Of a stretch of DNA of 64,000 nt, positions 53,198 to 64,000 are shown in pieces; the stretch's first letter is position 1, and each line of letters opens with the position of its first letter. Position numbers and translations under genes: made by a program. This DNA comes from an uncultured delta proteobacterium (GTDB lineage Bacteria > Myxococcota > Myxococcia > Myxococcales > Anaeromyxobacteraceae), in the NCBI GenBank assembly GCA_963828255.1, contig CAWHDZ010000018.1, forward strand, positions 72,638 to 136,637, given 5' to 3'. The notes beneath the pieces were generated by a model. That model did not search any database and was not told the DNA's origin. It saw only the letters and a program-made list of their open reading frames with translations.

Positions 53198-53467
53198 ATG
53201 AGCGACCCCGCCTTCAAGGCGCTGGCCGACCCGACCCGACGGGAGATACTCCGTTTGCTTGGAGCGAGCGAGATGTCGGTGAACGACATCGTCGAGCGTT
53301 TCTCGGTCTCGCAGCCCGCCATCTCCCGGCACCTCGCCGTGCTCCGGCACGCGGGGTTGGTCACCTCCAGGCGCGAAGGGCAAAGCGTGATCTACGCCCT
53401 CGACACCACGGTGATGCAGGACGTGGTGAGGGCCCTGCTGGACCTCCGAGGAGGAACGAAGCGATGA
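53198..53467 (+). CDS. ArsR family repressor (SdpR-like)
   Basis: FKALADPTRREIL, SQPAISRHL, RREGQ and Y.LDTTV. Confidence 0.9.
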   Translation: MSDPAFKALADPTRREILRLLGASEMSVNDIVERFSVSQPAISRHLAVLRHAGLVTSRREGQSVIYALDTTVMQDVVRALLDLRGGTKR

Positions 53468-54177
53468 CTCGATACGGCCGATTGCTTCCAGGAGTTGCGC
53501 TTCTCGCGGACGTGATCGCCTCGGTGGTGCTCTATCCGAATCTCCCCGCAACCGTGCCCGTGCACTGGAACCTCCTGGGCCAGCCGAACGGCTACGGGAG
53601 CCGCCTTCAACTCGTGCTAGGTGGCCCCCTGCTCGTCGCTGCCATCTGGCTGCTCCTGGTATGGCTTTCCCGTCTCGATCCTCGCCGAGTGCGGGGGCCG
53701 GCGGTGGAGGCCGGGGAGCACTCACACGATGACCAGGACGGCTCGTACTGGACCGTGATCCAGACCGTGGTCGCGCTGCTGGCGGTGCTCCACGTCGCTG
53801 TGCTGCTCGTCGCCGCGGGGCTCCTGCAAGGAATCAATCGGATCGCCGCGCTCTGCCTGGCGCTACTCCTCATCCTGCCCGGGAACTTCATCGGTCGCGT
53901 CCGGCCCAACTGGTTCGTCGGAGTCCGGACGCCTTGGACGCTTGCGTCCGACACGGTGTGGCGGAGGACGCACCGGCTGGCCGCCCGGATGATGGTCGGC
54001 GGTGGTCTCGTACTGCTGCCGCTCGCGCTCCTCCTTCCTCCCGCGGGCGCCCTCGTTGCGGCGCTGGTCATCTTTGGTGTCGCCGTGCTCGGCCCCACGG
54101 TGTGGAGCTACTTCGCGTGGAGGCAGGAGCAAAGAGCCCGGCTCTCGGGTGATTCCCGGGGGAACCGGCCTGGATGA
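53464..54177 (+). CDS. SdpI family immunity protein
   Basis: YPNLP..VPVHWN..G.PNGY and PNWFVGVRTPWTL.SD.VW.RTH. Confidence 0.9.
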   Translation: MTRYGRLLPGVALLADVIASVVLYPNLPATVPVHWNLLGQPNGYGSRLQLVLGGPLLVAAIWLLLVWLSRLDPRRVRGPAVEAGEHSHDDQDGSYWTVIQTVVALLAVLHVAVLLVAAGLLQGINRIAALCLALLLILPGNFIGRVRPNWFVGVRTPWTLASDTVWRRTHRLAARMMVGGGLVLLPLALLLPPAGALVAALVIFGVAVLGPTVWSYFAWRQEQRARLSGDSRGNRPG

Positions 54178-54257
54178 CGAGCTCGGCGACCCTGTCTGGG
54201 AGGGGAGAAGCTGGCAGTCCGGCCCTCGACGTCACGTGCGACGTCGTTCCCGTGCGG

Positions 54258-54277
54258 GTTGGGCAGTCGTTGGGCAG
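54258..54277. repeat. 11-bp-period direct repeat, putative arm-type sites
   Basis: GTTGGGCAG-TC-GTTGGGCAG, about 45 bp from the att repeat. Confidence 0.5.
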
Positions 54278-54320
54278 GGCCGAGCGGACCCTGGGGCCTA
54301 AGTAGTCGAAGTCAGGACAA

Positions 54321-54349
54321 AAATGCCGGAGCCGCCCTGTAAGCCGGGT
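54321..54349. repeat. Direct repeat of the rnpB 3' end (att site)
   Basis: aaatgccggagccgccctgtaagccgggt, 29/29 identical to 56061-56089. Confidence 0.97.
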
Positions 54350-54463
54350 TCGAAACGCTGTCGGTATGGGTCGCGATCCCGAGCGACTGGGCGCGACAAG
54401 GGGGCGGAAGTACTCGAGGCAGCGCGACCGGCGGCGACGGGGCGTGCCACCGGAGCGACACCG

Positions 54464-54482
54464 TAAGTCAGATTAAGTCAGA
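54464..54482. repeat. TAAGTCAGA tandem pair, with an inverted copy at 55998-56006
   Basis: TAAGTCAGA-T-TAAGTCAGA; TCTGACTTA at the opposite end of the element. Confidence 0.7.
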
Positions 54483-54550
54483 ACAACGTCACGTGTGGTG
54501 AACTACCCGTTCCGGACGCACTCCGGGTGGCAATGCGTCGACCGTCGCCC

Positions 54551-55036
54551 CTACTCCCCTGCCCCCAGCAGCTCGACTGCCACGGTCGCCGGACAGCCCA
54601 TCCTGAGCGGACCGCAGGGGGTGTCGGCCAGGCGCAGCGACTCGTGGACCAGGTCACCCGTCCACTCCCTCCGGGCCCCCAGGAGGAACGCGAACTCGTT
54701 CACGCTGCCCAAGACGACGCGGCTCCGGGTGGCCGCGAGTTGCACCTCCGCCATCGCCTCGAGTTCCCTCTCGATTGTGACGGGAACAACCCCCAGCCGG
54801 GCCAACATCTCCGAGAGCGCCTCCCGGAACCTGGGTACGAACGTCTTCCCCGGTTTCGCCGGGACGAGCACGGGTAGCAGCGTGCGGTCGTTGACCGCCA
54901 GGATGACCTGCCCTCCGGACAGGTAGAGCAGGTTCGCGTGCCAGTCCCCGAGGCGCGCTGTGGGCGGGCGCTCCTTCTTGGAGGGCTCAACTCGAAGGCG
55001 GGCGAGGAGTTTACGGGTGCAGCGAAGGGTGACCAC
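54551..55036 (-). CDS. DUF6933-like protein
   Basis: LRCTRKLL, LGDWHANL, VNDRTLLPV, TRSRVVLGSVNEF and LADTPCGPL. Confidence 0.75.
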   Translation of the reverse strand: MVTLRCTRKLLARLRVEPSKKERPPTARLGDWHANLLYLSGGQVILAVNDRTLLPVLVPAKPGKTFVPRFREALSEMLARLGVVPVTIERELEAMAEVQLAATRSRVVLGSVNEFAFLLGARREWTGDLVHESLRLADTPCGPLRMGCPATVAVELLGAGE

Positions 55037-55196
55037 GGGCAGGGAGTGTAACCCGCGCACCCCTGTCCGGCGTCGTGCAGTAGCGACCACTCCCGCTTCC
55101 ACTCCAGGAACGGGGCTCCAGAGGCCCCCCCTCGTTCGACGGCAGGCGACGCGTCCGAGGGCCGGGTGTCCTGGATGACATGCCCCTCGACGGTGA

Positions 55197-55469
55197 TCAG
55201 AGCCTCGCATTCACGTACTTCGCGAGGATCATCTTGGCTGCGGTCTGGTACCCGACTCCCAGCTCGCGGCCACGCCGTCGAAGGGCATCCTTCAACTCGT
55301 CGCTGAGCAGGATGGACGTCGGCCTCTGGGGACGGACGACGACGGCTGCTCCCGCCGACGCGATGTCGCCACCGAGGTCCTGCTGTTCGAATTCGCGCAG
55401 TGTCGCGTCACGGCGAGTGGTCGCGTTCTTCATCTTCCGCGCACCGGCGGTCTTCTTACGTCCCTGCAT
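55197..55469 (-). CDS. BrnA/CopG-like antitoxin
   Basis: PTSILLSDEL...LRRRG.ELGVGYQT RHH-type C-terminus; overlaps the toxin stop. Confidence 0.75.
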   Translation of the reverse strand: MQGRKKTAGARKMKNATTRRDATLREFEQQDLGGDIASAGAAVVVRPQRPTSILLSDELKDALRRRGRELGVGYQTAAKMILAKYVNARL

Positions 55470-55779
55470 CGTACGCCTCCTTCTCCTTCTTCCGCATCGC
55501 TCGGCAACTGATCGGGCGGAGCTTCTCGCCACGCCGCGCGAAGACCAATGCCGCACCGCGACCATCCGCCGTCACTCCGAGGAGCAGGTACCGTGGCTCC
55601 TCGTGTGCCGGCTCGACGATGCGCCCGGCGAACAGCACGGGCGCGTCGAGCAGTGAGTCAACGTCCGCGATGCTGAACCCATGCTTCGCCTCGCTCTTCG
55701 AGCTGTTGCCGGCGTCCCACTCCGTCGCGGGACGCGTTCCTAGCCAGGCAGCGACGTCTGGGTCGACGGTCAGCTTCAC
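55456..55779 (-). CDS. BrnT family toxin
   Basis: EWDAGNSSK..KHG, EPRYLLLG and LVF..RG..LRPISCR.M.KKE...Y. Confidence 0.88.
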   Translation of the reverse strand: MKLTVDPDVAAWLGTRPATEWDAGNSSKSEAKHGFSIADVDSLLDAPVLFAGRIVEPAHEEPRYLLLGVTADGRGAALVFARRGEKLRPISCRAMRKKEKEAYDAGT

Positions 55780-55790
55780 CGGACCGAAGT

Positions 55791-55809
55791 ATAGCTATGT
55801 CATAGCTAT
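55791..55809. promoter_or_regulatory. Perfect palindromic operator upstream of brnT
   Basis: ATAGCTATG-T-CATAGCTAT, 11 bp upstream of the GTG start. Confidence 0.7.
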
Positions 55810-56038
55810 TCGTCCATCAGGGCGGACCGCGGGCGGCGGCCCCGTCGTCGTTGCGCTCGCAGAGCACGGTGCCCGCCGGGCAAAGGATCGTCGCCGGGAG
55901 AGGGCGCCAGGTCTGGAAAGAGTTCACAGCCCGACTGGAGCAAGTCCCCTGTGATCTCTGGATGTTGACGGGCCCGTGAGCGGTTTGCCGGCGCTTTTCT
56001 GACTTACCGACGGTCGAGATCGGCGGCACAGACGCCGT

Positions 56039-56051
56039 CAAAATATTGATA
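56039..56051 (-). promoter_or_regulatory. IHF consensus site next to att
   Basis: Minus strand TATCAA-TATT-TTG matches WATCAA-N4-TTR exactly in high-GC DNA. Confidence 0.6.
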
Positions 56052-56063
56052 ATACTGCACAAA

Positions 56064-56461
56064 TGCCGGAGCCGCCCTGTAAGCCGGGTCCTGTCCCGCC
56101 GGAAAACCGGCGGTGACGAACATTCCTCTCGGACGCGCGTTGCCGCGCGTCTCTAGCGAGCCGTACCCGGAGGCTGGGGCGAGCCGCCCGACACCCCGTC
56201 TTGCGACGGAGACGCCTCCCTATTTGCTCTTGCACCGGGTGGGGTTTGCCTTGCCGCTCCGGTTACCCGGAGCGCGGTGCGCTCTTACCGCACCGTTTCA
56301 CCCTTGCCACGCACGCCTCGCGGCGCCGTTCGGCGGTCTGTTCTCTGTGGCACTTTCCCGCGGGTCACCCCGGCCGGTCGTTGACCGGCACCCTGCCCTG
56401 TGGTGCCCGGACTTTCCTCGGCGGACACGAGTTCCGACGCGTTCGTCCGGACGGCTCCGGC
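56064..56461 (-). ncRNA. rnpB: RNase P RNA (bacterial type A)
   Basis: Minus strand has GAGGAAAGTCCGGGC, GAAAGTGCCACAGA, GGTGAAACGGTGCGGTAAGAGCGCACC, GGCAAACCCCACCCGGTGCAAG and ACAGGACCCGGCTTAC; P1 ends GCCGGAGCCG/CGGCTCCGGC pair. Confidence 0.97.
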
Positions 56462-56512
56462 GAGGGGGATGTAACACGCAGGGACGGGGGCGGCAAACGG
56501 GGCCATCCCCGC

Positions 56513-56917
56513 TCAATGCGCGACGAAGGCTTCGGGGGAGACCGCGACCTCCGGGAAGGCCGCGAGAACATGGCGGTCGCTCGTGACGAGCGTTGCCTCG
56601 AGGTCCTTCGCGACCGCGACGAACTCGCAGTCATAGGCGGTGCAGCCGGATCGCATCGCCAACTCCAGGACGTCGGGAGTGGCGGCCGGCACCTGGTCCC
56701 CCTTCATGACGATCACGGCCTCCGTTGCCGCTGCGATGGCCTGCTCCTTCCTGAGCTCACCATGCCGGATCATCGTCACGAGGACGTTCCGGATCTCGGA
56801 GTAGAGAAGTGGTGGCGCGACCCAGTCCGGGTCGCGGCGATGAACGGCTTCGGCGAGGGCAGTGCCCACGCCCGGGAGAACCAGGCGCGCCAGGACGTTG
56901 GTGTCCACCACGATCAC
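56513..56917 (-). CDS. PIN domain (VapC) toxin
   Basis: IVVDTNVL, SEIRNVL, TAYDCEFVAVA and LVTSD. Confidence 0.92.
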   Translation of the reverse strand: MIVVDTNVLARLVLPGVGTALAEAVHRRDPDWVAPPLLYSEIRNVLVTMIRHGELRKEQAIAAATEAVIVMKGDQVPAATPDVLELAMRSGCTAYDCEFVAVAKDLEATLVTSDRHVLAAFPEVAVSPEAFVAH

Positions 56918-57174
56918 GGGCGTCCCTTCCGCTTGGCCGCGTCGATCTGCTCGTTCGTGACCGAAAGGCCGGTCGTCGCCGCGATCTCCTCGCGAAGCTT
57001 CCGGATCCCTGCCAGCAGCTTCTCCTCCTGGGCGGTGCTCTGTTCCGGCAGCCCGACGACCGACTCGAGACAGGCGATCACCTCGCCGCTCACGCTGCGC
57101 CCGCTCGCACGGGCGCGCTGTTCCAGCCGCCTGTGCAACTCCGCGGAAATCCCCTTCAGCACGATCGTGGCCAT
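56914..57174 (-). CDS. Arc/FitA-like ribbon-helix-helix antitoxin
   Basis: MATIVLKGIS.ELH..L..RA..SGRSVSGEV; stop overlaps the PIN start. Confidence 0.85.
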   Translation of the reverse strand: MATIVLKGISAELHRRLEQRARASGRSVSGEVIACLESVVGLPEQSTAQEEKLLAGIRKLREEIAATTGLSVTNEQIDAAKRKGRP

Positions 57175-57314
57175 GTCCGTTTCCATATCAGGACACGAAC
57201 ACTGCACAAGCCAGGCCCTCGCGTGCGGCCCGAAATTCCTGGCTGATTGGCGAATCATGGTCCGCGCCGCGGACCATCCAGCCGGGGGGACCGTGCCGTG
57301 GACCCGCTATTGGA

Positions 57315-58073
57315 CTACAACCGCAGGTCGATGGCCCGGTTCGACATCTCGTCCGCGGCGGTGTTCTCCTCGCGCGGGATGTGCCGGATCTCGATCTGCT
57401 CGAAGCCCTTGATGAGCGCGGCGGCCTCGTCGTAAAGCGGCTTGAGGTGGTCGGCCTTCACCTGGTACTCGCCGTTCAGCTGCCGCACCATGAGCTCGCT
57501 GTCGGCCAGCACGTCGAGCTCGCGCAGCCCCATGGCCTTGGCCCGCTTCAGCCCCAGGATGAGCCCGGTGTACTCGGCCACGTTGTTGGTGGTCTCGCCC
57601 AGGTACTTGCCCATCTTGGCGACGACGTGCCCCTCGGGGCTGATGATCACGGCGCCGGCGCCGGCCGGTCCGGGATTGCCCCGGGCCGCACCATCGGTGA
57701 ATAGACGTGTGCGCACCGGACGGGCCTCTACGACGCGCTCGGCCTCGCGCTCGGCGGCGACGGCCACGGCGCGCTCCTTCTTCTTGCGGTCGCGCACCAC
57801 CTTCGACTCGTTCATGGCCGCGTCGAGCTCCTCGGCCGACTCCCGCGCGGCCCGCTCGACCTCGGTCACCTTGCGGACCTTCAGGCCCCCCTTCACCGCC
57901 GCGGCGGTGGCCCCGGCGGCGGCCTCCTCGGCCTGCTCGATCCGGTCGGCGGCGGCGTTGATGAGCTTGCCGAGGACGTCGCGGTCGTAGCCCTTGTAGC
58001 GGGCCAGGCAGCGCGGCAGGTCCTCGTTGGCGGCGATGAAGCGGAGGAGCTCCGCCAGGACGGGCTTCGCCAC
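57315..58073 (-). CDS. rnhA: Ribonuclease HI family protein with an N-terminal extension
   Basis: FTDGAARGNPGPAGAG, TNNVAEY, DSEL and HIPREENTAAD. Confidence 0.88.
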   Translation of the reverse strand: MAKPVLAELLRFIAANEDLPRCLARYKGYDRDVLGKLINAAADRIEQAEEAAAGATAAAVKGGLKVRKVTEVERAARESAEELDAAMNESKVVRDRKKKERAVAVAAEREAERVVEARPVRTRLFTDGAARGNPGPAGAGAVIISPEGHVVAKMGKYLGETTNNVAEYTGLILGLKRAKAMGLRELDVLADSELMVRQLNGEYQVKADHLKPLYDEAAALIKGFEQIEIRHIPREENTAADEMSNRAIDLRL

Positions 58074-58081
58074 GGCGCGGC

Positions 58082-58822
58082 TCAGGGGGCCGGCGGCGAG
58101 GCCGGGCTCACCGCCTCCGGGACGTAGATGATGCGGTTGCAGTTCGGGCAGTTCTCGATGGTGTTGGCCCGGACCAGGATGATGGCCATCTGGGGCGGGA
58201 TCTGCCGGTTGCAGCCGCGGCAGGTCCCCCCGGTCACCTGCGTGACGGCGATGCCGCCGCGGCGCTTGCGGATGTTCTCGTAGCGCTGCAGCAGCGCCGG
58301 CTCGACGCGGGTGGCCAGCTCGGCCCGACGGGCGTCGAGCGAGGCGGTGCGCTCCACGAACTCGGCCTCGCGCTTCATGAGCCCCTCCAGCTCCTCCTGG
58401 GCGCCCGACTCCTTCTCGTCGAGCTTCTCCTGGAGCGCCTCGATGGAGAGGGCCAGCTCCTCGGCCTGGGCGGTGAGGACCTTGGTCTGCTCTCCCACCG
58501 ACTCGTTGGTCTTCCGGGCGATGTCGATCTCGCGGGAGAGGGCGGCGTACTCGCGGGGGGTGCGGATCTCGGCGAGGCGCCCCTCCCACTTCTTCACCTT
58601 GTCGCGCTCGGCGGCGATGGTCTGCTCCTGGCTGCGCTTCTCGCGCTCGATGCTGGCCAGCCGGTCCTGCTCGGCCTGCCAGGCCTTGCGGGCCACGGCC
58701 ACGCCGGCGTCGATCTCGGCCCGCCGCCGGGGCACCGCCTCGGCCTCGGCCCGGACCTCGGTCATGGCGATGTCGACCAGCTGCAGCTCTTCCAGCGCCT
58801 TCAGCTTCTCACGCAGCGACAA
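58082..58822 (-). CDS. Coiled-coil protein with C-terminal C4 zinc ribbon (DUF164-like)
   Basis: Long coiled coil, then CRGC...CPNCNRI. Confidence 0.88.
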   Translation of the reverse strand: MSLREKLKALEELQLVDIAMTEVRAEAEAVPRRRAEIDAGVAVARKAWQAEQDRLASIEREKRSQEQTIAAERDKVKKWEGRLAEIRTPREYAALSREIDIARKTNESVGEQTKVLTAQAEELALSIEALQEKLDEKESGAQEELEGLMKREAEFVERTASLDARRAELATRVEPALLQRYENIRKRRGGIAVTQVTGGTCRGCNRQIPPQMAIILVRANTIENCPNCNRIIYVPEAVSPASPPAP

Positions 58823-58841
58823 GGACGTCTCCTTGGGTGGT

Positions 58842-58913
58842 TGGGCCCACCAGGACTCGAACCTGGATCGAACCGGTTATGAGCCGGCCGCTCTGCCATT
58901 GAGCTATGGGCCC
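58842..58913 (-). tRNA. tRNA with CAT anticodon, probably tRNA-Ile2 (lysidine type)
   Basis: Cloverleaf GGGCCCA-TA-GCTC-AATGGCA-GAGC-G-GCCGG-CTCATAA-CCGGT-TCGAT-CCAGG-TTCGAGT-CCTGG-TGGGCCC-A; lacks initiator features; lies downstream of rpoD. Confidence 0.92.
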
Positions 58914-58964
58914 CCGGACCGTCAGGCCCTTCCTTAGCACGGCCGCGGTCCCGGGGGCGTTCAC

Positions 58965-61256
<2,292 letters not shown>

Positions 61257-61338
61257 CTGGGGGGGCTCCTCCGGTGGGTTCCCGGCCGGGCGTGGGGATC
61301 TCTAACGCGGTGGGGTGCGCCCATCTCGCAGTTTCTTT

Positions 61339-63168
61339 TCATGGCCGGCGCAGCTCCTCGCGCCGCTTCTCGAGGTCCTGGCGGCGGCGTTGCAGGACGA
61401 GCTGGTCGCGGGTCACGTCTTCGGAGGGGGGGGAGCCCTCCCTGGCCACCAGGGCCAGGAGGCGGGACTGCTCCCGCCGGATGGCCTCCAGCTTGGCCTC
61501 GACCACGGCGCGGCGGAGCTCCCGCTCGGCCAGGTCGGCGCGGGGCGTGGCGGGACCGGCCAGGGCCCGGACACGCTCCACGGCGCGGGCGTCGGCGGCC
61601 GGCCCGAGCCGGACGAGCAGCTCGGCGAGGGGAATGGGATCGCGGCAGAGGGCGCGCACCAGCTCGGCGAGGGGCCCCTCCGGGAAGAGGCGGGCCAGGT
61701 CCTCCTCGGCGGCGACGGCCCCGAGCCCGGGGTGGCCGGCCAGGATGCCCAGCGCGTCCACGGCCGGACCGGGCAGGAGCACGCTGGCGCGCGGGCCGGG
61801 CGCGGCGGGGCGGGGGCGCGGCGCGGCGCCGGGAGCATGGGGCTGGCTGCGGGGACGGCCCTGGATTTCCTCGCGGAGGGCCTGGAGGTCGAGCTCGATC
61901 CGGCGGGCGATGCGCTCCTCGAAGGTGGTCCGGGAGAGCCCCTCGGGCGCGAGCCGGACGAGCGGCGCCAGCTCGCGGACCGCGGCCAGCTTGGCCTCCA
62001 CCGGGGCGTCGGGCGCGCCGCCCGGGCAGTGTCGCTCCACGGCCCGGAGGATGAGGAAGTCGGTGAGCGGCATGGCCGCGGCGAGCAGCGCGTCCACCCC
62101 CTCCTTGCCGTGGGCCCGGGCGAAGTCGTCGGGGTCCACCTTGCCGGCCCCGGAGGGGAGCACGGCCACCTTCCCGGAGACGGCCGACGGCAGCAGCACC
62201 TGCGCCGCCTTGGCGGGCGCGGCCTGCCCGGCCTGGTCACCGTCGAAGAGGATCACCACCTCGCGGCAGTCGCAGCGCTCGAGGAGCTCGAGGTGCTCGG
62301 GCGTGAGCGCGGTGCCGCAGACGGCGACGGCGTTCTTCACGCCGGCCTGGTGCAGCCCGATGACGTCGAAGTACCCCTCGACGAGCACCGCCGAGCGGGT
62401 CTTGCGGATCGACTCGCGGGCCAGGTCGAGGCCGTAGAGAACGCGGCTCTTCTTGTAGAGGACGGTCTCCGGGGTGTTGATGTACTTGGCCCCCTTCTCC
62501 TCGCCCATGGCGCGGGCGCCGAAGCCGACGACCACCCCGTCGATGGCGGCGATGGGGAACATGAGCCGGCCGCGGAAGCGGTCATAGCCGCCGCGGTCGC
62601 TCTGGACGCGAAGTCCGGCGTTGTCGATGGACGTGAGCGAGATCTCCTTTGGCTCGAGCCGCGGCGGCAGGTCGTTCCACCCGTCGGCCGAGATGCCCAG
62701 GCGGAAGCGGCGCGACTCCTCCTCGGAGATGCCGCGCGAGGCGAGATAGGCGCGGCCGGCCTCGCCGTGGGGGCTCCACAGGCGGGCCTGCCAGTAGCGG
62801 GCGGCCGCGTCGCACGCCGCCAGGGCCTCCGCACGCTCCTTGCGCTTGCGGCGGGCCTCGACGGTGTCCTCGACGGTCTCCTCGGGGATCTCGATGCCGG
62901 CCTCGGCAGCCAAGGACCTCACCACGTCCGGGAACTCCTTCCCCTCGAGCTTCTGCAGGAACTTGAAGACGTCGCCGTACTCGCCGCAGCCGTAGCACTT
63001 GAAGTGCTTGTCCTCCGGGTAGACGTGGAAGCTCGGCGTCCTCTCCCCGTGGAACGGGCAGCAGCCCTTCCACGTCCGTCCCGATCTCTGGAGCTCGACG
63101 TGGCGACCGATCACCGCCACCACGTCCGTCCGGTTCCGGATCTCCTCGATGATGGAATCCGGGATCAT
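61339..63168 (-). CDS. dnaG: DNA primase
   Basis: CPFHGERTPSF, CYGC, KYINTPET, VEGYFD and FDGD.AG. Confidence 0.97.
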   Translation of the reverse strand: MIPDSIIEEIRNRTDVVAVIGRHVELQRSGRTWKGCCPFHGERTPSFHVYPEDKHFKCYGCGEYGDVFKFLQKLEGKEFPDVVRSLAAEAGIEIPEETVEDTVEARRKRKERAEALAACDAAARYWQARLWSPHGEAGRAYLASRGISEEESRRFRLGISADGWNDLPPRLEPKEISLTSIDNAGLRVQSDRGGYDRFRGRLMFPIAAIDGVVVGFGARAMGEEKGAKYINTPETVLYKKSRVLYGLDLARESIRKTRSAVLVEGYFDVIGLHQAGVKNAVAVCGTALTPEHLELLERCDCREVVILFDGDQAGQAAPAKAAQVLLPSAVSGKVAVLPSGAGKVDPDDFARAHGKEGVDALLAAAMPLTDFLILRAVERHCPGGAPDAPVEAKLAAVRELAPLVRLAPEGLSRTTFEERIARRIELDLQALREEIQGRPRSQPHAPGAAPRPRPAAPGPRASVLLPGPAVDALGILAGHPGLGAVAAEEDLARLFPEGPLAELVRALCRDPIPLAELLVRLGPAADARAVERVRALAGPATPRADLAERELRRAVVEAKLEAIRREQSRLLALVAREGSPPSEDVTRDQLVLQRRRQDLEKRREELRRP

Positions 63169-63196
63169 CCGCGCAGGTCGCGCTCCGCCGGGGGAC

Positions 63197-63646
63197 CTAA
63201 GGCCCCGCCAGGCGTCGCTTGACGAGCTCGCTCACCACCTTGCCGTCGGCGCGCCCCTGCACGTCCGGAAGGAGCGCCTTCATGACCGTCCCCATGTCCT
63301 TCGGCCCCTTCGCGCCGACCCGGGCGATGACCTCGGCCACCTTGGCCTCGACCTCCTCCGGGGTGAGCTGCTGGGGCAGGAACTCCATGAAGATCTTGAT
63401 CTCGGCCTCTTCCTTGTCGGCCAGGTCTGGGCGGTTGCCGGCCCGGTACTGCTCCACGGAGTCGCGGCGCCGCTTGATCTCGGTGGCCATGACCCCGAGG
63501 ATCCCGGCGTCGTCGAGCGGGTTCATGAGCTCGATCTCGCGGTACTTCACGGCGCTCTTGAGCGCGCGCACGGTGTTCATGCGCAGGGAGTCCTTGGCCC
63601 GCATGGCGGACTTCAGGTCCTCGTCGAGCTTCTCGCGGAGCGCCAT
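63197..63646 (-). CDS. GatB/YqeY domain protein
   Basis: DLKSAMRAKD, KRRRDSVEQY, LPQQL and DMGTVM. Confidence 0.92.
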   Translation of the reverse strand: MALREKLDEDLKSAMRAKDSLRMNTVRALKSAVKYREIELMNPLDDAGILGVMATEIKRRRDSVEQYRAGNRPDLADKEEAEIKIFMEFLPQQLTPEEVEAKVAEVIARVGAKGPKDMGTVMKALLPDVQGRADGKVVSELVKRRLAGP

Positions 63647-63669
63647 GATCACCGTTCCGGGTGCGGGCG

Positions 63670-63864
63670 CTAGTAGGACTTGCGGCTCTTCTTCATCGCG
63701 CGCTTCTTGGCGGCGAGAGCCTTCTTCTTGCGCTTCACGCTGGGCTTCTCGTAGTGCTCGCGCTTGCGCACCTCGGAGAGGATCCCGGCCTTCTCGCAAG
63801 CCTTCTTGAAACGCTTCATGGCGTTCTCGAAGGACTCACCCTCCTTGACTCGTACTCCCGTCAT
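63670..63864 (-). CDS. rpsU: 30S ribosomal protein S21
   Basis: [17 protein letters not shown]...[12 protein letters not shown]. Confidence 0.97.
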   Translation of the reverse strand: MTGVRVKEGESFENAMKRFKKACEKAGILSEVRKREHYEKPSVKRKKKALAAKKRAMKKSRKSY

Positions 63865-64000
63865 GCATTCCTCGCGCGATACGACCGAATGGGGTCTCTT
63901 GAAAGACGTGGAGCCGGGCGGCGACCCACCCGGCTCGGACTTGGCTGAATGCGCTCGTTTATGGGGAAAACCCCTGAGTGTCAAGGGACTTTGAGCGGCG

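Larger units (their letters stand above)
31263..54320. mobile_element. Putative integrative island B (about 23 kb) bounded by rnpB 3'-end repeats; decayed mosaic
   Basis: att repeats on both sides, 11-bp-period repeats near both ends, an internal integrase fragment and many gene fragments. Confidence 0.7.
54350..56060. mobile_element. Mini-island C (1.7 kb) at the rnpB 3' end, no integrase
   Basis: Perfect 29-bp flanking repeats; TAAGTCAGA motifs at both ends in inverted orientation; IHF consensus; TA cargo. Confidence 0.8.

Noticed and set aside
58842..58913. tRNA(CAT) as the island integration site
   Set aside because: I found no duplicated tRNA 3' end in the window, and its neighbours are core genes.

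Overview
This is a high-GC chromosomal window, most like a myxobacterium of the Anaeromyxobacter type. Core-looking genes sit at both ends. On the left are a CocE/NonD hydrolase, an acyl-CoA dehydrogenase, a large NAD-glutamate dehydrogenase, a PQQ sugar dehydrogenase and a RIO1 kinase. On the right are rpsU-yqeY-dnaG-rpoD-tRNA(CAT)-Zn-ribbon-RNase HI, a PIN toxin-antitoxin pair and the RNase P RNA gene rnpB. Between them lies about 47 kb of accessory, partly decayed DNA. The main result is that the 3' end of rnpB (56061-56090) recurs as direct repeats at 54321-54349 (29/29), 31234-31262 (28/29) and, degenerately, 8963-8985 (17/23). These repeats divide the accessory DNA into three tandem segments of about 22, 23 and 1.7 kb. 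The repeats are accompanied by tyrosine-integrase remnants, short tandem or inverted arm-like repeats, a consensus IHF site, homologous element ends and a twice-occurring 48-bp palindromic element. I infer a tandem array of integrative elements that use the conserved 3' end of rnpB, rather than a tRNA or tmRNA gene, as attB. Cargo includes sugar and trehalose metabolism, transporters, a two-component system, sigma54-driven Met-rich small proteins, an SdpR/SdpI/CPBP immunity operon, TA modules and many deletion-scarred pseudogenes. All family calls are from motif recognition by eye; no database search was run.
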